A stretch of DNA of 64,000 bases from Candidatus Limnocylindrales bacterium (GTDB lineage Bacteria; Chloroflexota; Limnocylindria; QHBO01): the NCBI GenBank assembly GCA_035540715.1, contig DATLGA010000034.1, positions 10,580-74,579 on the forward strand, written 5' to 3'. This document shows positions 56,268-64,000 of the stretch, one piece after another. A program made the translations under genes and the position numbers. Each line of letters starts with the position of its first letter. Position 1 is the stretch's first letter. The notes under the pieces were generated by a model that saw only the letters and a list, made by a program, of their open reading frames with translations, did no database searches and was not told the origin of the DNA.

Positions 56268-59200
56268 ATGTCACGACCGCGCGGCGGAAACCGCCGCGTC
56301 GCCTCTCTCGTCGACGCCCTTCGGCCTCACCTGCCGCAGCCGGGCGTCCTCCGCGTGCCGGCAGCCGCGCGTGCGGCGCACCTCGCGACGCGGCGTCGAG
56401 AGCTGACGTCGACGCGACCGATGGTGGTCGTCACGCGGACCGACGAGGACGCGCACCAGCTCGTGGACGATCTCGAGGCATGGCTCGGCGACGGAGCGGT
56501 CCGTGCGTTGCCGGAGCGTGCTGCACTTCCGCTCGAGCGGGCTCTGCCCGAGCATGACGAGTCCGCCGAGCGGCTGTCCGTTCTCGCCGAACTCGGCGAC
56601 CGGGCACATGGACTGGTCGTCGTCGCGCCGCTGCTGGCCCTCGTGCAGCGCACGCTCTCGCCGGAGCAGCTGCGTGCAAGCCGCGTCCGGCTCAAGGTCG
56701 GAGAGCGCGTGCCGCAGCGACGGATCCTCGAGGGGCTCGTGGCCGGCGGCTACGACCCCGTCGTCGAGGTGACCGGGATCGGCGAGTTCGCTCACCGTGG
56801 CGGCATCGTCGACGCGTGGCCGCCCGGGTCTGCCGACCCGCTGCGGATCGAGCTGTTCGGCGACGAGGTCGAGTCGATCCGAGCGTTCGACGCGATGACG
56901 CAGGGCTCTCGCCGACGGCTGAGCGAGGCCGGACTGCTGCCCGCATCCGAGTTCCGGCCGGCCGGCGGCTGGGAGGCCCTCCCCGCACTCCTCCCGCACG
57001 ACGCCCCGGAGGCGCTGCGCGAGGATGCCGCGCGCCTGGCGGCGGGCGACCTCGGCGAAGCAGCGGAGACGTGGGCGGCCTGGCTCACCGCGGGCCCCGC
57101 CGCCGATCACCTCCGCGCTGACGTCCACCTCGTCGTGCTCGACGAGCTCGAGCTGCGCGCGCTCGCGGAGAGCCTCGACCGCCAGGCGGCCGAACGCCTT
57201 GCCGGCCTGGTGGAGGCCGGAGAGCTGCCGGAAGCCTGGCCGCTTCCGTACTCCGCGGTTGAGACGCTTGCGGGCCTCGTCGAGCGCTCGGCAGAGCGCC
57301 TCGACGAGCAGGACGGCGCCGAGGCGGGCTACCGGGCCGCTCCATCGCTGCCCGGGCGTGGTGATCGCGCCGGGGCGTGGCTGCTCGGGCTGGCCACGGA
57401 CCGGAGGGTCGTCGTGACGACCGACCAGGCCAGCCGCCTCGGCGAGCTCCTCGAGGAGGCCGGTCGTCCGACCGCGCCCCACGCCGAGCTCGCCGCGGTT
57501 CCTCCGAATGGCGGGCCCACGCTCGTGCATGGTTCGCTGTCGGTCGGCTTCGAGCACGGGCCGTCGGAACTCCTCGTCCTCACCGACCGCGAGCTCTTCG
57601 GCGGAACGCGCCTGCGCCGGCTCGTCACGTCGAAGCGCGTCGTCACCCGCGACCTGATCGGCAAGCTGCAGCCCGGTGACCACGTCGTCCACGTCGACCA
57701 CGGCATCGCCCGCTACGTGGGCATGACGCAGCGGACGTTCGGCGACGACGTGAAGGAGTACCTGCAGCTCGACTTCGCGGGCTCTGACAAGATCTTCCTG
57801 CCCGCCGACCAGATCGGCCGCATCACCCGCTACTCCGGCGGTCCCGCGCCGGCCCTCTCGAAGCTCGGTGGGACGGACTGGGAACGGACGAAGCGGCGTG
57901 TCCGGCGAGCGGTGGGGGAGCTGGCCCGCGAGCTCATCGAGATCTACGCCGCTCGCGAGTCGGCCCCGGGCTTCGCGTTCAGCGCCGACACCACCTGGCA
58001 GCGTGAGCTCGAGGAGAGCTTTCCGTTCACCGAGACGCCGGACCAGGCGCGCTCGATCGAGGAGGTCAAGGCGGACATGCTCCGCCGGCGGCCGATGGAC
58101 CGGCTCGTCGTCGGCGACGTGGGCTACGGCAAGACCGAGGTTGCGCTTCGCGCGGCCTTCAAGGCCGTCCAGGATGGCAAGCAGGTCGCGGTGCTCGTCC
58201 CGACGACCGTGCTGGCGCAGCAGCACCTGCTCACGTTCGAGCGACGGCTCGCCGCCTTCCCCGTCGAAGTCGCGATGCTGAGCCGGTTCGTCACGAAGAA
58301 GGACCAGGAGAAGATCGTCGGCGGCGTGGCCGACGGCACCGTCGACATCCTCATCGGGACTCACCGAATCCTGTCGAAGGACATCGCGTTCGCCGACCTC
58401 GGCCTGCTCATCGTCGACGAGGAGCAGCGCTTCGGCGTGGCGCACAAGGAGCGCATCAAGGGCATGCGCCGGGAAGTCGACGTGCTGACCCTGTCAGCGA
58501 CGCCGATCCCCCGGACACTTCACCTCTCGCTCGTCGGCATCCGCGATCTGTCGGTCATCGAGACCCCGCCCGAGGCCCGGTTGCCGATCCTGACGCGCAT
58601 CGCCGAGGACGACGACGGGCTGGTGCGGGACGCCGTCAATCGCGAGCTCGACCGCGGCGGCCAGGTCTTCTACGTTCACAACCGCGTCGAGACCATCGAG
58701 GCGGCCGCCGAGCGCGTTCGACGGCTCGTTCCCGATGCGCGGGTTGCGATCGGCCACGGACAGATGGCCGAAGGGATGCTCGAGCGGGTGATGCTCGACT
58801 TCTCCGACGGGCGGTTCGACGTTCTCGTGTGCACGACCATCATCGAGTCCGGCCTCGACATCCCGAACGCGAACACCATCGTCATCGTCCGCGCCGACAC
58901 CTTCGGGCTGGCGCAGCTCTACCAGCTGCGCGGACGGGTGGGCCGATCCGACCGCCGAGCCCACGCCTACCTCCTCCATCGGCGCGGCATGCCGCTCTCG
59001 CCTGTCGCTCGCAAGCGGCTCCACGCCATCTTCTCGGCATCCGACCTCGGCGCCGGCTACCAGATCGCGCTGTCGGATCTGGAGATCCGCGGCGCCGGCA
59101 ACATCCTCGGCGCCGAGCAGCACGGGTTCATGGCCGCGGTGGGGTTCGAGATGTACACCCGGCTCCTCGCCGAGGCGGTCGACATGCTGCGCGGCCGGCG

Positions 59201-59654
59201 CCCGCCTCCCGAGCCGGCCCCCGTCCGGCTGGACCTCCCCGGCTCGGCGTATCTGCCCGACGACTACATCGCGGACGCCGGCGCGAAGCTCGAGGCCTAC
59301 CGGCGCTTCGCCGCGATCCGATCCGAGCCCGATGCCGAGGCGTTGCGATCCGACCTGCGCGACCGCTACGGAGCGCCGCCGGAGCCCGTCGAAGGTCTCT
59401 TCACGGCAGTGAGCGTGCGGCTGGCGGCCGAGCGGGCCGGCGTGCCCGAGGTGCGGGTCGAGGACCGACGCGTCACGCTGAAGTGGGCCGGCCGCATGCC
59501 GGACCGGCGCGCCACTGGCGTGGCGCTCCAGGTCGCCGGATTTCGTCCGGACACGGGATCCAACCAGGTTTGGATCCCGGTCGCGCCGGGCCGAGACCCG
59601 ATCGACGTCGCCCGCCGGGCGCTCGAGGCGCTCCAGGAGCTTCCGCGAACGTGA
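56268..59654 (+). CDS. mfd: transcription-repair coupling factor Mfd
   Basis: 1128 aa with a UvrB-homology N-terminus, a CarD-like domain, helicase motifs [11 protein letters not shown] and DEEQRFG, and a TRG region. The ATG lies 8 nt after TACGAT. Confidence 0.96.
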   Translation: MSRPRGGNRRVASLVDALRPHLPQPGVLRVPAAARAAHLATRRRELTSTRPMVVVTRTDEDAHQLVDDLEAWLGDGAVRALPERAALPLERALPEHDESAERLSVLAELGDRAHGLVVVAPLLALVQRTLSPEQLRASRVRLKVGERVPQRRILEGLVAGGYDPVVEVTGIGEFAHRGGIVDAWPPGSADPLRIELFGDEVESIRAFDAMTQGSRRRLSEAGLLPASEFRPAGGWEALPALLPHDAPEALREDAARLAAGDLGEAAETWAAWLTAGPAADHLRADVHLVVLDELELRALAESLDRQAAERLAGLVEAGELPEAWPLPYSAVETLAGLVERSAERLDEQDGAEAGYRAAPSLPGRGDRAGAWLLGLATDRRVVVTTDQASRLGELLEEAGRPTAPHAELAAVPPNGGPTLVHGSLSVGFEHGPSELLVLTDRELFGGTRLRRLVTSKRVVTRDLIGKLQPGDHVVHVDHGIARYVGMTQRTFGDDVKEYLQLDFAGSDKIFLPADQIGRITRYSGGPAPALSKLGGTDWERTKRRVRRAVGELARELIEIYAARESAPGFAFSADTTWQRELEESFPFTETPDQARSIEEVKADMLRRRPMDRLVVGDVGYGKTEVALRAAFKAVQDGKQVAVLVPTTVLAQQHLLTFERRLAAFPVEVAMLSRFVTKKDQEKIVGGVADGTVDILIGTHRILSKDIAFADLGLLIVDEEQRFGVAHKERIKGMRREVDVLTLSATPIPRTLHLSLVGIRDLSVIETPPEARLPILTRIAEDDDGLVRDAVNRELDRGGQVFYVHNRVETIEAAAERVRRLVPDARVAIGHGQMAEGMLERVMLDFSDGRFDVLVCTTIIESGLDIPNANTIVIVRADTFGLAQLYQLRGRVGRSDRRAHAYLLHRRGMPLSPVARKRLHAIFSASDLGAGYQIALSDLEIRGAGNILGAEQHGFMAAVGFEMYTRLLAEAVDMLRGRRPPPEPAPVRLDLPGSAYLPDDYIADAGAKLEAYRRFAAIRSEPDAEALRSDLRDRYGAPPEPVEGLFTAVSVRLAAERAGVPEVRVEDRRVTLKWAGRMPDRRATGVALQVAGFRPDTGSNQVWIPVAPGRDPIDVARRALEALQELPRT

Positions 59655-59699
59655 GCGGCCGGTGAGGCTGATCGGGTCAGCCCCACCGACCGGGATCGG

Positions 59700-60284
59700 T
59701 CAGCCTCCGAGGTCGGTCACCGTGTGGCACTCGATCGTCGCGTCGACGGCGACGCCCTCGGATGTCTCGCCCTCGATCTGGATCGTCGCCGTGTCGCCGC
59801 GATCGTCGATCGTCACGGTCCCCGAGCCGCGGTCGTTCTGGGGGGCGATGTCGAGGTTGACGCCCTCGAACAGGTCGCCGACAGTGAAGGTCGCGGTGAA
59901 GTCGTCCGAGCCTCCCGACGCGGCGGCATCGGCGTCGCGCGCGACCAGCTGAATGCTGCTCAGCTCGACCTGTTCGTCGGTGCTGTACTGGAGGCCGAAC
60001 GAGTTCTCCTCGAACGGATTGCGGCTGCAGCCGCCGGAGCTGACGCTCCCGCTGTAGGAGCCCGCGACCTCGCCGCCGGTGATCGTGACATCGACGCTGG
60101 CGGTCGCGTCGCCCGAGTCTCCGCCGGTGTCGCCGCCGTCCGGCGCGCCCGTTGCGGCGGTCGTCGGATCGGTGCCCGTATCGGCCCCCTCGTCGTCGGT
60201 GCCGGGAGCCGTCGTTCCGCCGCAGGCGGCAAGCACGAGGCACAGGATGGTCGCCGCCGAGACGGCCATGAAGCGTTGATGCAT
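59700..60284 (-). CDS. hypothetical lipoprotein
   Basis: GGAGAGGGG SD. Signal and lipobox [23 protein letters not shown], followed by a Gly/Asp/Thr-rich linker and a beta-rich domain. Confidence 0.7.
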   Translation of the reverse strand: MHQRFMAVSAATILCLVLAACGGTTAPGTDDEGADTGTDPTTAATGAPDGGDTGGDSGDATASVDVTITGGEVAGSYSGSVSSGGCSRNPFEENSFGLQYSTDEQVELSSIQLVARDADAAASGGSDDFTATFTVGDLFEGVNLDIAPQNDRGSGTVTIDDRGDTATIQIEGETSEGVAVDATIECHTVTDLGG

Positions 60285-60469
60285 GTGGGATTCCCCTCTC
60301 CGCTGTGGGATGTCGATCCGCGGCCGGGCCCTGCAGGACGCGCGCCAGAGAGGCTGCCGGTATACTGATCGGAACCACTCGACCCGCGACGGGCGCACCC
60401 GTCCGGCGCCGATCTTCGACGAGAGCCGCCCGCCCGATCGAGTGCGGACGGCCACGAAAGGAGGCGACC

Positions 60470-63334
60470 GTGACGTCCCAGTCCCCCGACCCGACCGCAG
60501 CACGCGGCAGCCTGCGCATCGGCGACCGCGAGGTCGCGTACTACCGGCTCGACGCCGCCGGCGCGGAGGACCTCGCCCGCCTGCCGTACACCGTCAAGGT
60601 CCTCCTCGAGAACATGCTGCGCGGGGCGGCGACTCAGCCCGACCTCGTGTCGCCGGACCACGTCCGGACGCTCGCGGCATGGAATCCCGTCGAGCCGGCG
60701 GAAGCGGAGCTGCCGTTCATGCCGGGCCGCGTCATCCTCCAGGACTTCACCGGGGTGCCCTGCGTCGTCGACCTCGCGGCCATGCGTGACGCCATGGCCG
60801 AGATGGGCGGGGATCCGTCGCGGATCAACCCGCTCGTGCCGGCCGACCTCGTCATCGATCACTCGGTCCAGGTCGACCAGTTCGGCTCCGACGCCGCGTT
60901 CCTGGTCAACGTCGAGCGCGAGTACGAGCGCAACGGGGAGCGGTACGCCCTCCTTCGATGGGCGCAGCAGGCCTTCAAGGACTTCCGCGTCGTGCCGCCG
61001 GGCACGGGGATCGTGCACCAGGTGAACCTCGAATACCTCGCCGACGTCGTGGCCGAGCGCGACGGCGTGCTGATCCCGGACACCCTGGTCGGCACCGACT
61101 CGCATACCACGATGATCAACGGCCTGGGCGTGGTCGGATGGGGCGTCGGTGGGATCGAGGCGGAGGCGGCACTGCTGGGGCAGCCGCTCTACCAGCCGAT
61201 GCCGATCGTCGTGGGCTTCCGGCTGGACGGCGAGCTGCCGTCCGGTGCCACCGCCACCGATCTCGTGCTGTACGTGACCGAGATGCTCCGCGCGCACGGG
61301 GTCGTCGGGAAGTTCGTCGAGTTCCACGGCCCCGGCCTCTCGCGGCTCGGGCTGGCCGATCGGGCGACGATCAGCAACATGTCGCCGGAGTTCGGCGCGA
61401 CCGCGACGCTGTTCCCCGTCGACGACGAGACCCTGCGCTACCTGCGCATGACCGGCCGGCCCGAGGAGGTCGTCGCGCGGGTCGAGGCCTACGCCAAGGC
61501 GCAGGGCCTCTTCCGCACCGACGACTCGCCCGAGCCGATCTTCAGCGAGTCGCTGTCGCTCGACCTCTCGACCGTCGTGCCCTCGTTGGCCGGTCCGCGC
61601 CGCCCGCAGGACCGCGTGGCGTTGTCCGACCTGAGGGACAGCTTCCGGGGCATCTACACCGAGGGCCTCCACACGCACGCCGACGGGACCACCCACGAGC
61701 ACACCCGTGCCGATGCGCCGGCGCCGAAGACGGTCGTCGAGGAGGCATCGGTCGAGTCGTTCCCGGCCAGTGACGCACCGTCGTACACCCAGCGAACCGA
61801 CGAGGACGGCGAGCCCGAGCCGGGGCAACCGGGCGTCGAGAAGCCGCTCCACACGAATCACGAGGCGCACTACCGCGCGGTCGAAGTCGGCCTCGAGGGC
61901 GAGATGGTCAAGCTGCGCACCGGATCGGTGGTGATCGCCGCCATCACCAGCTGCACGAACACGTCGAATCCCTCGGTCATGGTGGCGGCCGGCCTCGTGG
62001 CCCGAAAGGCCGTCGAGCGAGGCCTGACCGTGAAGCCGTGGGTGAAGACCTCGCTGGCACCGGGTTCGCGTGCGGTTACCGACTACCTGAAGATCGCGGG
62101 CCTGATGGATCCGCTCGAGCAGCTGCGCTTCCATCTGGTCGGCTACGGTTGCACGACCTGTATCGGCAACTCCGGCCCGCTGGCCGAGCCGATCGCACGT
62201 GCGATCGAGGAGAACGATCTCGTCGGCGTGGCCGTCCTGTCGGGCAACCGCAACTTCGAAGGCCGCATCCATCCGCTCGCTCGGGCCAGTTACCTCGCGT
62301 CGCCGCCGCTCGTCGTCGCTTTCGCGCTGGCCGGCCGGATCGACGTCGATCTCACCACCGAGCCGATCGGTACCGATCGCGACGGCCGCCCGGTCATGCT
62401 GGCCGAGATCTGGCCGTCTCCGGCCGAGGTGGCCGATGTCGTGGCGCACGCCGTGAGCGGCGACGTCTTCAGCCGCAACTACGCTTCCGTCTTCGAGGGA
62501 GACGAGCAGTGGCGCACCCTGCCCGTCCCGCCCGGCGACCGGTACGCCTGGGACCCGGGCTCGACCTACGTCGCGCGGCCGCCGTTCTTCGACGGCATCG
62601 CCGGTGGGCGCGCCGAGCCCGCCGACGTCCTCGGGGCGCGGGCGCTCGCCGTGCTGGGCGACAGCGTCACCACCGACCACATCTCACCGGCCGGCGCCAT
62701 CGCGCGCACCTCGCCGGCCGGGCAGTGGCTCATCGAGCGTGGCGTCGAGCCGCGTGACTTCAATTCGTACGGGTCGCGTCGCGGCCACCACGAGGTCATG
62801 ATGCGCGGCACGTTCGCGAACATCCGGCTCCGCAACCTGCTGACGCCGGAGGCCGAGGGCAACGTCACCGAGCACCTGCCGAGCGGGGAGCGCATGAGCC
62901 TGTTCGAGGCGGCCATGCGCTACGCCGAGGATGACACGCCGCTCGTCATCCTGGCCGGCAAGGAGTACGGCTCCGGATCATCGCGTGACTGGGCGGCGAA
63001 GGGGCCGCTGCTCCAGGGGGTGCGGGCGGTGATCGCCGAGTCGTTCGAGCGGATCCATCGGTCGAACCTGGTCGGGATGGGCATCCTTCCGCTGCAGTTC
63101 CTCCCTGGTGAGAACGTGGCGTCGCTCGGGCTGACCGGTCGGGAGACGTTCGATGTCGTCGGCATCTCCGACGGCCTGCGTCCGCACCAGGAGCTGACCG
63201 TCGTGGCGCGCGCCGACGATGGGCGTGAAACCCGCTTCCGGGCCGTGTCCCGCCTTGACGGCGAGATCGACGTGACCTACCTGCGCAACGGTGGCGTCCT
63301 CCAGACGGTCCTGCGCCGCCTCGCCGCCACGTGA
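60470..63334 (+). CDS. acnA: aconitate hydratase A
   Basis: AAAGGAGG SD, then GTG 60470. Fe-S ligand regions [11 protein letters not shown] and [13 protein letters not shown]; 954 aa. Confidence 0.96.
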   Translation: MTSQSPDPTAARGSLRIGDREVAYYRLDAAGAEDLARLPYTVKVLLENMLRGAATQPDLVSPDHVRTLAAWNPVEPAEAELPFMPGRVILQDFTGVPCVVDLAAMRDAMAEMGGDPSRINPLVPADLVIDHSVQVDQFGSDAAFLVNVEREYERNGERYALLRWAQQAFKDFRVVPPGTGIVHQVNLEYLADVVAERDGVLIPDTLVGTDSHTTMINGLGVVGWGVGGIEAEAALLGQPLYQPMPIVVGFRLDGELPSGATATDLVLYVTEMLRAHGVVGKFVEFHGPGLSRLGLADRATISNMSPEFGATATLFPVDDETLRYLRMTGRPEEVVARVEAYAKAQGLFRTDDSPEPIFSESLSLDLSTVVPSLAGPRRPQDRVALSDLRDSFRGIYTEGLHTHADGTTHEHTRADAPAPKTVVEEASVESFPASDAPSYTQRTDEDGEPEPGQPGVEKPLHTNHEAHYRAVEVGLEGEMVKLRTGSVVIAAITSCTNTSNPSVMVAAGLVARKAVERGLTVKPWVKTSLAPGSRAVTDYLKIAGLMDPLEQLRFHLVGYGCTTCIGNSGPLAEPIARAIEENDLVGVAVLSGNRNFEGRIHPLARASYLASPPLVVAFALAGRIDVDLTTEPIGTDRDGRPVMLAEIWPSPAEVADVVAHAVSGDVFSRNYASVFEGDEQWRTLPVPPGDRYAWDPGSTYVARPPFFDGIAGGRAEPADVLGARALAVLGDSVTTDHISPAGAIARTSPAGQWLIERGVEPRDFNSYGSRRGHHEVMMRGTFANIRLRNLLTPEAEGNVTEHLPSGERMSLFEAAMRYAEDDTPLVILAGKEYGSGSSRDWAAKGPLLQGVRAVIAESFERIHRSNLVGMGILPLQFLPGENVASLGLTGRETFDVVGISDGLRPHQELTVVARADDGRETRFRAVSRLDGEIDVTYLRNGGVLQTVLRRLAAT

Positions 63335-64000
63335 GGCCGTCAGGCGCATCCCCCTTCTGGTCCGCAGGAGACATCGTCCTCTGGCGCTACCAGCGCAAGG
63401 TCCCGGGCTACGTCGGGCCGGAAACGGTTCGGCCGATGCGCGTCGTGCGCGACGACGTCGACGGCCTCGTCGCCTGGCTGGCCCCGGGCACGCCGGTGCT
63501 GCGGCCGGTGCTGGCCGACGGACGCGAGCTCCGCTCCGTGCCGGCCCACGACATGTTCCGCTCAGGCCGCGCCGTCGGCCGCAGCACCTGGCAGGGACCG
63601 GGTGTGCTGAAGGTGGCGCCGACCGGCAGGCCCTGGTCGGTCTGGCTGTTCTGGGCGCACGACTGGAGCTTTCGGGGTTGGTACGTCAACCTCGAGGATC
63701 CTCACGAGCGTGACGCCGACAGGATCGTCACCCAGGATCACGTGCTCGACCTGTGGGTGACGCCGGACCGCACCGTCCGGTGGAAGGACGAGGGCGAGCT
63801 CGCCGCCGCCGTCGAGACCGGCCGATGGTCCACCGAGAACGCCGACCGCTTCCGCGCCGATGCGCGGGAGGTGGAGCGCCTCGTCGGTGTGTGGGGACGG
63901 CCCTTCAGCGAGGGATGGGAGGACTGGCGTCCGCCCGATGCGTGGCCCGTGCCCGATCTGCCGGCCGGCCTGCCGTTCGACTTCGTGGTCGATCCCATCG
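63331..64000 (+). CDS. DUF402 domain protein (partial, runs off window)
   Basis: It is absent from the track because no stop lies within the window. GTGA overlap with the acnA stop. [56 protein letters not shown] is DUF402-like. GC3 is strong. Confidence 0.7.
   Translation, partial: MRPSGASPFWSAGDIVLWRYQRKVPGYVGPETVRPMRVVRDDVDGLVAWLAPGTPVLRPVLADGRELRSVPAHDMFRSGRAVGRSTWQGPGVLKVAPTGRPWSVWLFWAHDWSFRGWYVNLEDPHERDADRIVTQDHVLDLWVTPDRTVRWKDEGELAAAVETGRWSTENADRFRADAREVERLVGVWGRPFSEGWEDWRPPDAWPVPDLPAGLPFDFVVDPI

Noticed and set aside
54407-56269. The 620-aa track ORF treated as one gene.
   Set aside because: Its first ~230 codons are antisense to pth and look like nonsense sequence. The FAD-binding motif begins right after GTG 55579, which has its own -10 hexamer.

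Overview
This is a 64-kb, roughly 70% GC, densely coding bacterial chromosome segment. I support about 60 CDS and one tRNA. I found no rRNA, transposase, integrase, cas genes or CRISPR array. Most content is housekeeping. In order it holds an AapJQM(P)-type amino-acid ABC transporter, tRNA-Ala(CGC), a LexA-boxed imuA'-imuB cassette, and a separately LexA-boxed dnaE2 4.4 kb away (a split SOS mutasome). Then come carAB, a ROK-kinase-gap-pgk-eno operon, rpsT, and a Firmicutes/Terrabacteria-style block lepA-hemW-hrcA-grpE-dnaK ... dnaJ-prmA-rsmE-HIT-rpsU-yqeY-pgpH-ybeY. The window ends with amt, pth-mfd, acnA and a partial DUF402 gene. An F420-type LLM oxidoreductase, a DUF5679 gene, the high GC and many leaderless starts suggest an Actinomycetota/Chloroflexota-like lineage, but that is inference only. 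Most long ORFs in the six-frame track are alternative-frame or antisense artefacts of GC richness: they are Arg/Pro/Gly-rich and lack the G/C third-position bias of real genes. Several track starts were moved using SD sequences or a recurrent TANNNT-N5-10-start (leaderless) pattern. The main follow-ups are: (1) an 84-aa ORF translationally coupled to imuB; (2) in-frame, low-GC, atypical-codon islands inside both imuB and dnaE2, the latter within a ~190-aa insertion; (3) a four-copy 23-bp dyad repeat array in the gap that splits dnaK from dnaJ, which carries its own second CIRCE; (4) a CarB lacking the C-terminal allosteric domain, followed by a 235-bp orphan region; (5) a lamin-tail-domain/tandem-OB surface protein behind three phased 11-nt repeats; (6) small genes absent from the ORF track (DUF5679, a 40-aa TM peptide) and non-ATG starts (CTG, TTG). 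Nothing here is a clearly recognisable defence or mobile system. All novelty claims are hypotheses that need database and experimental checks.
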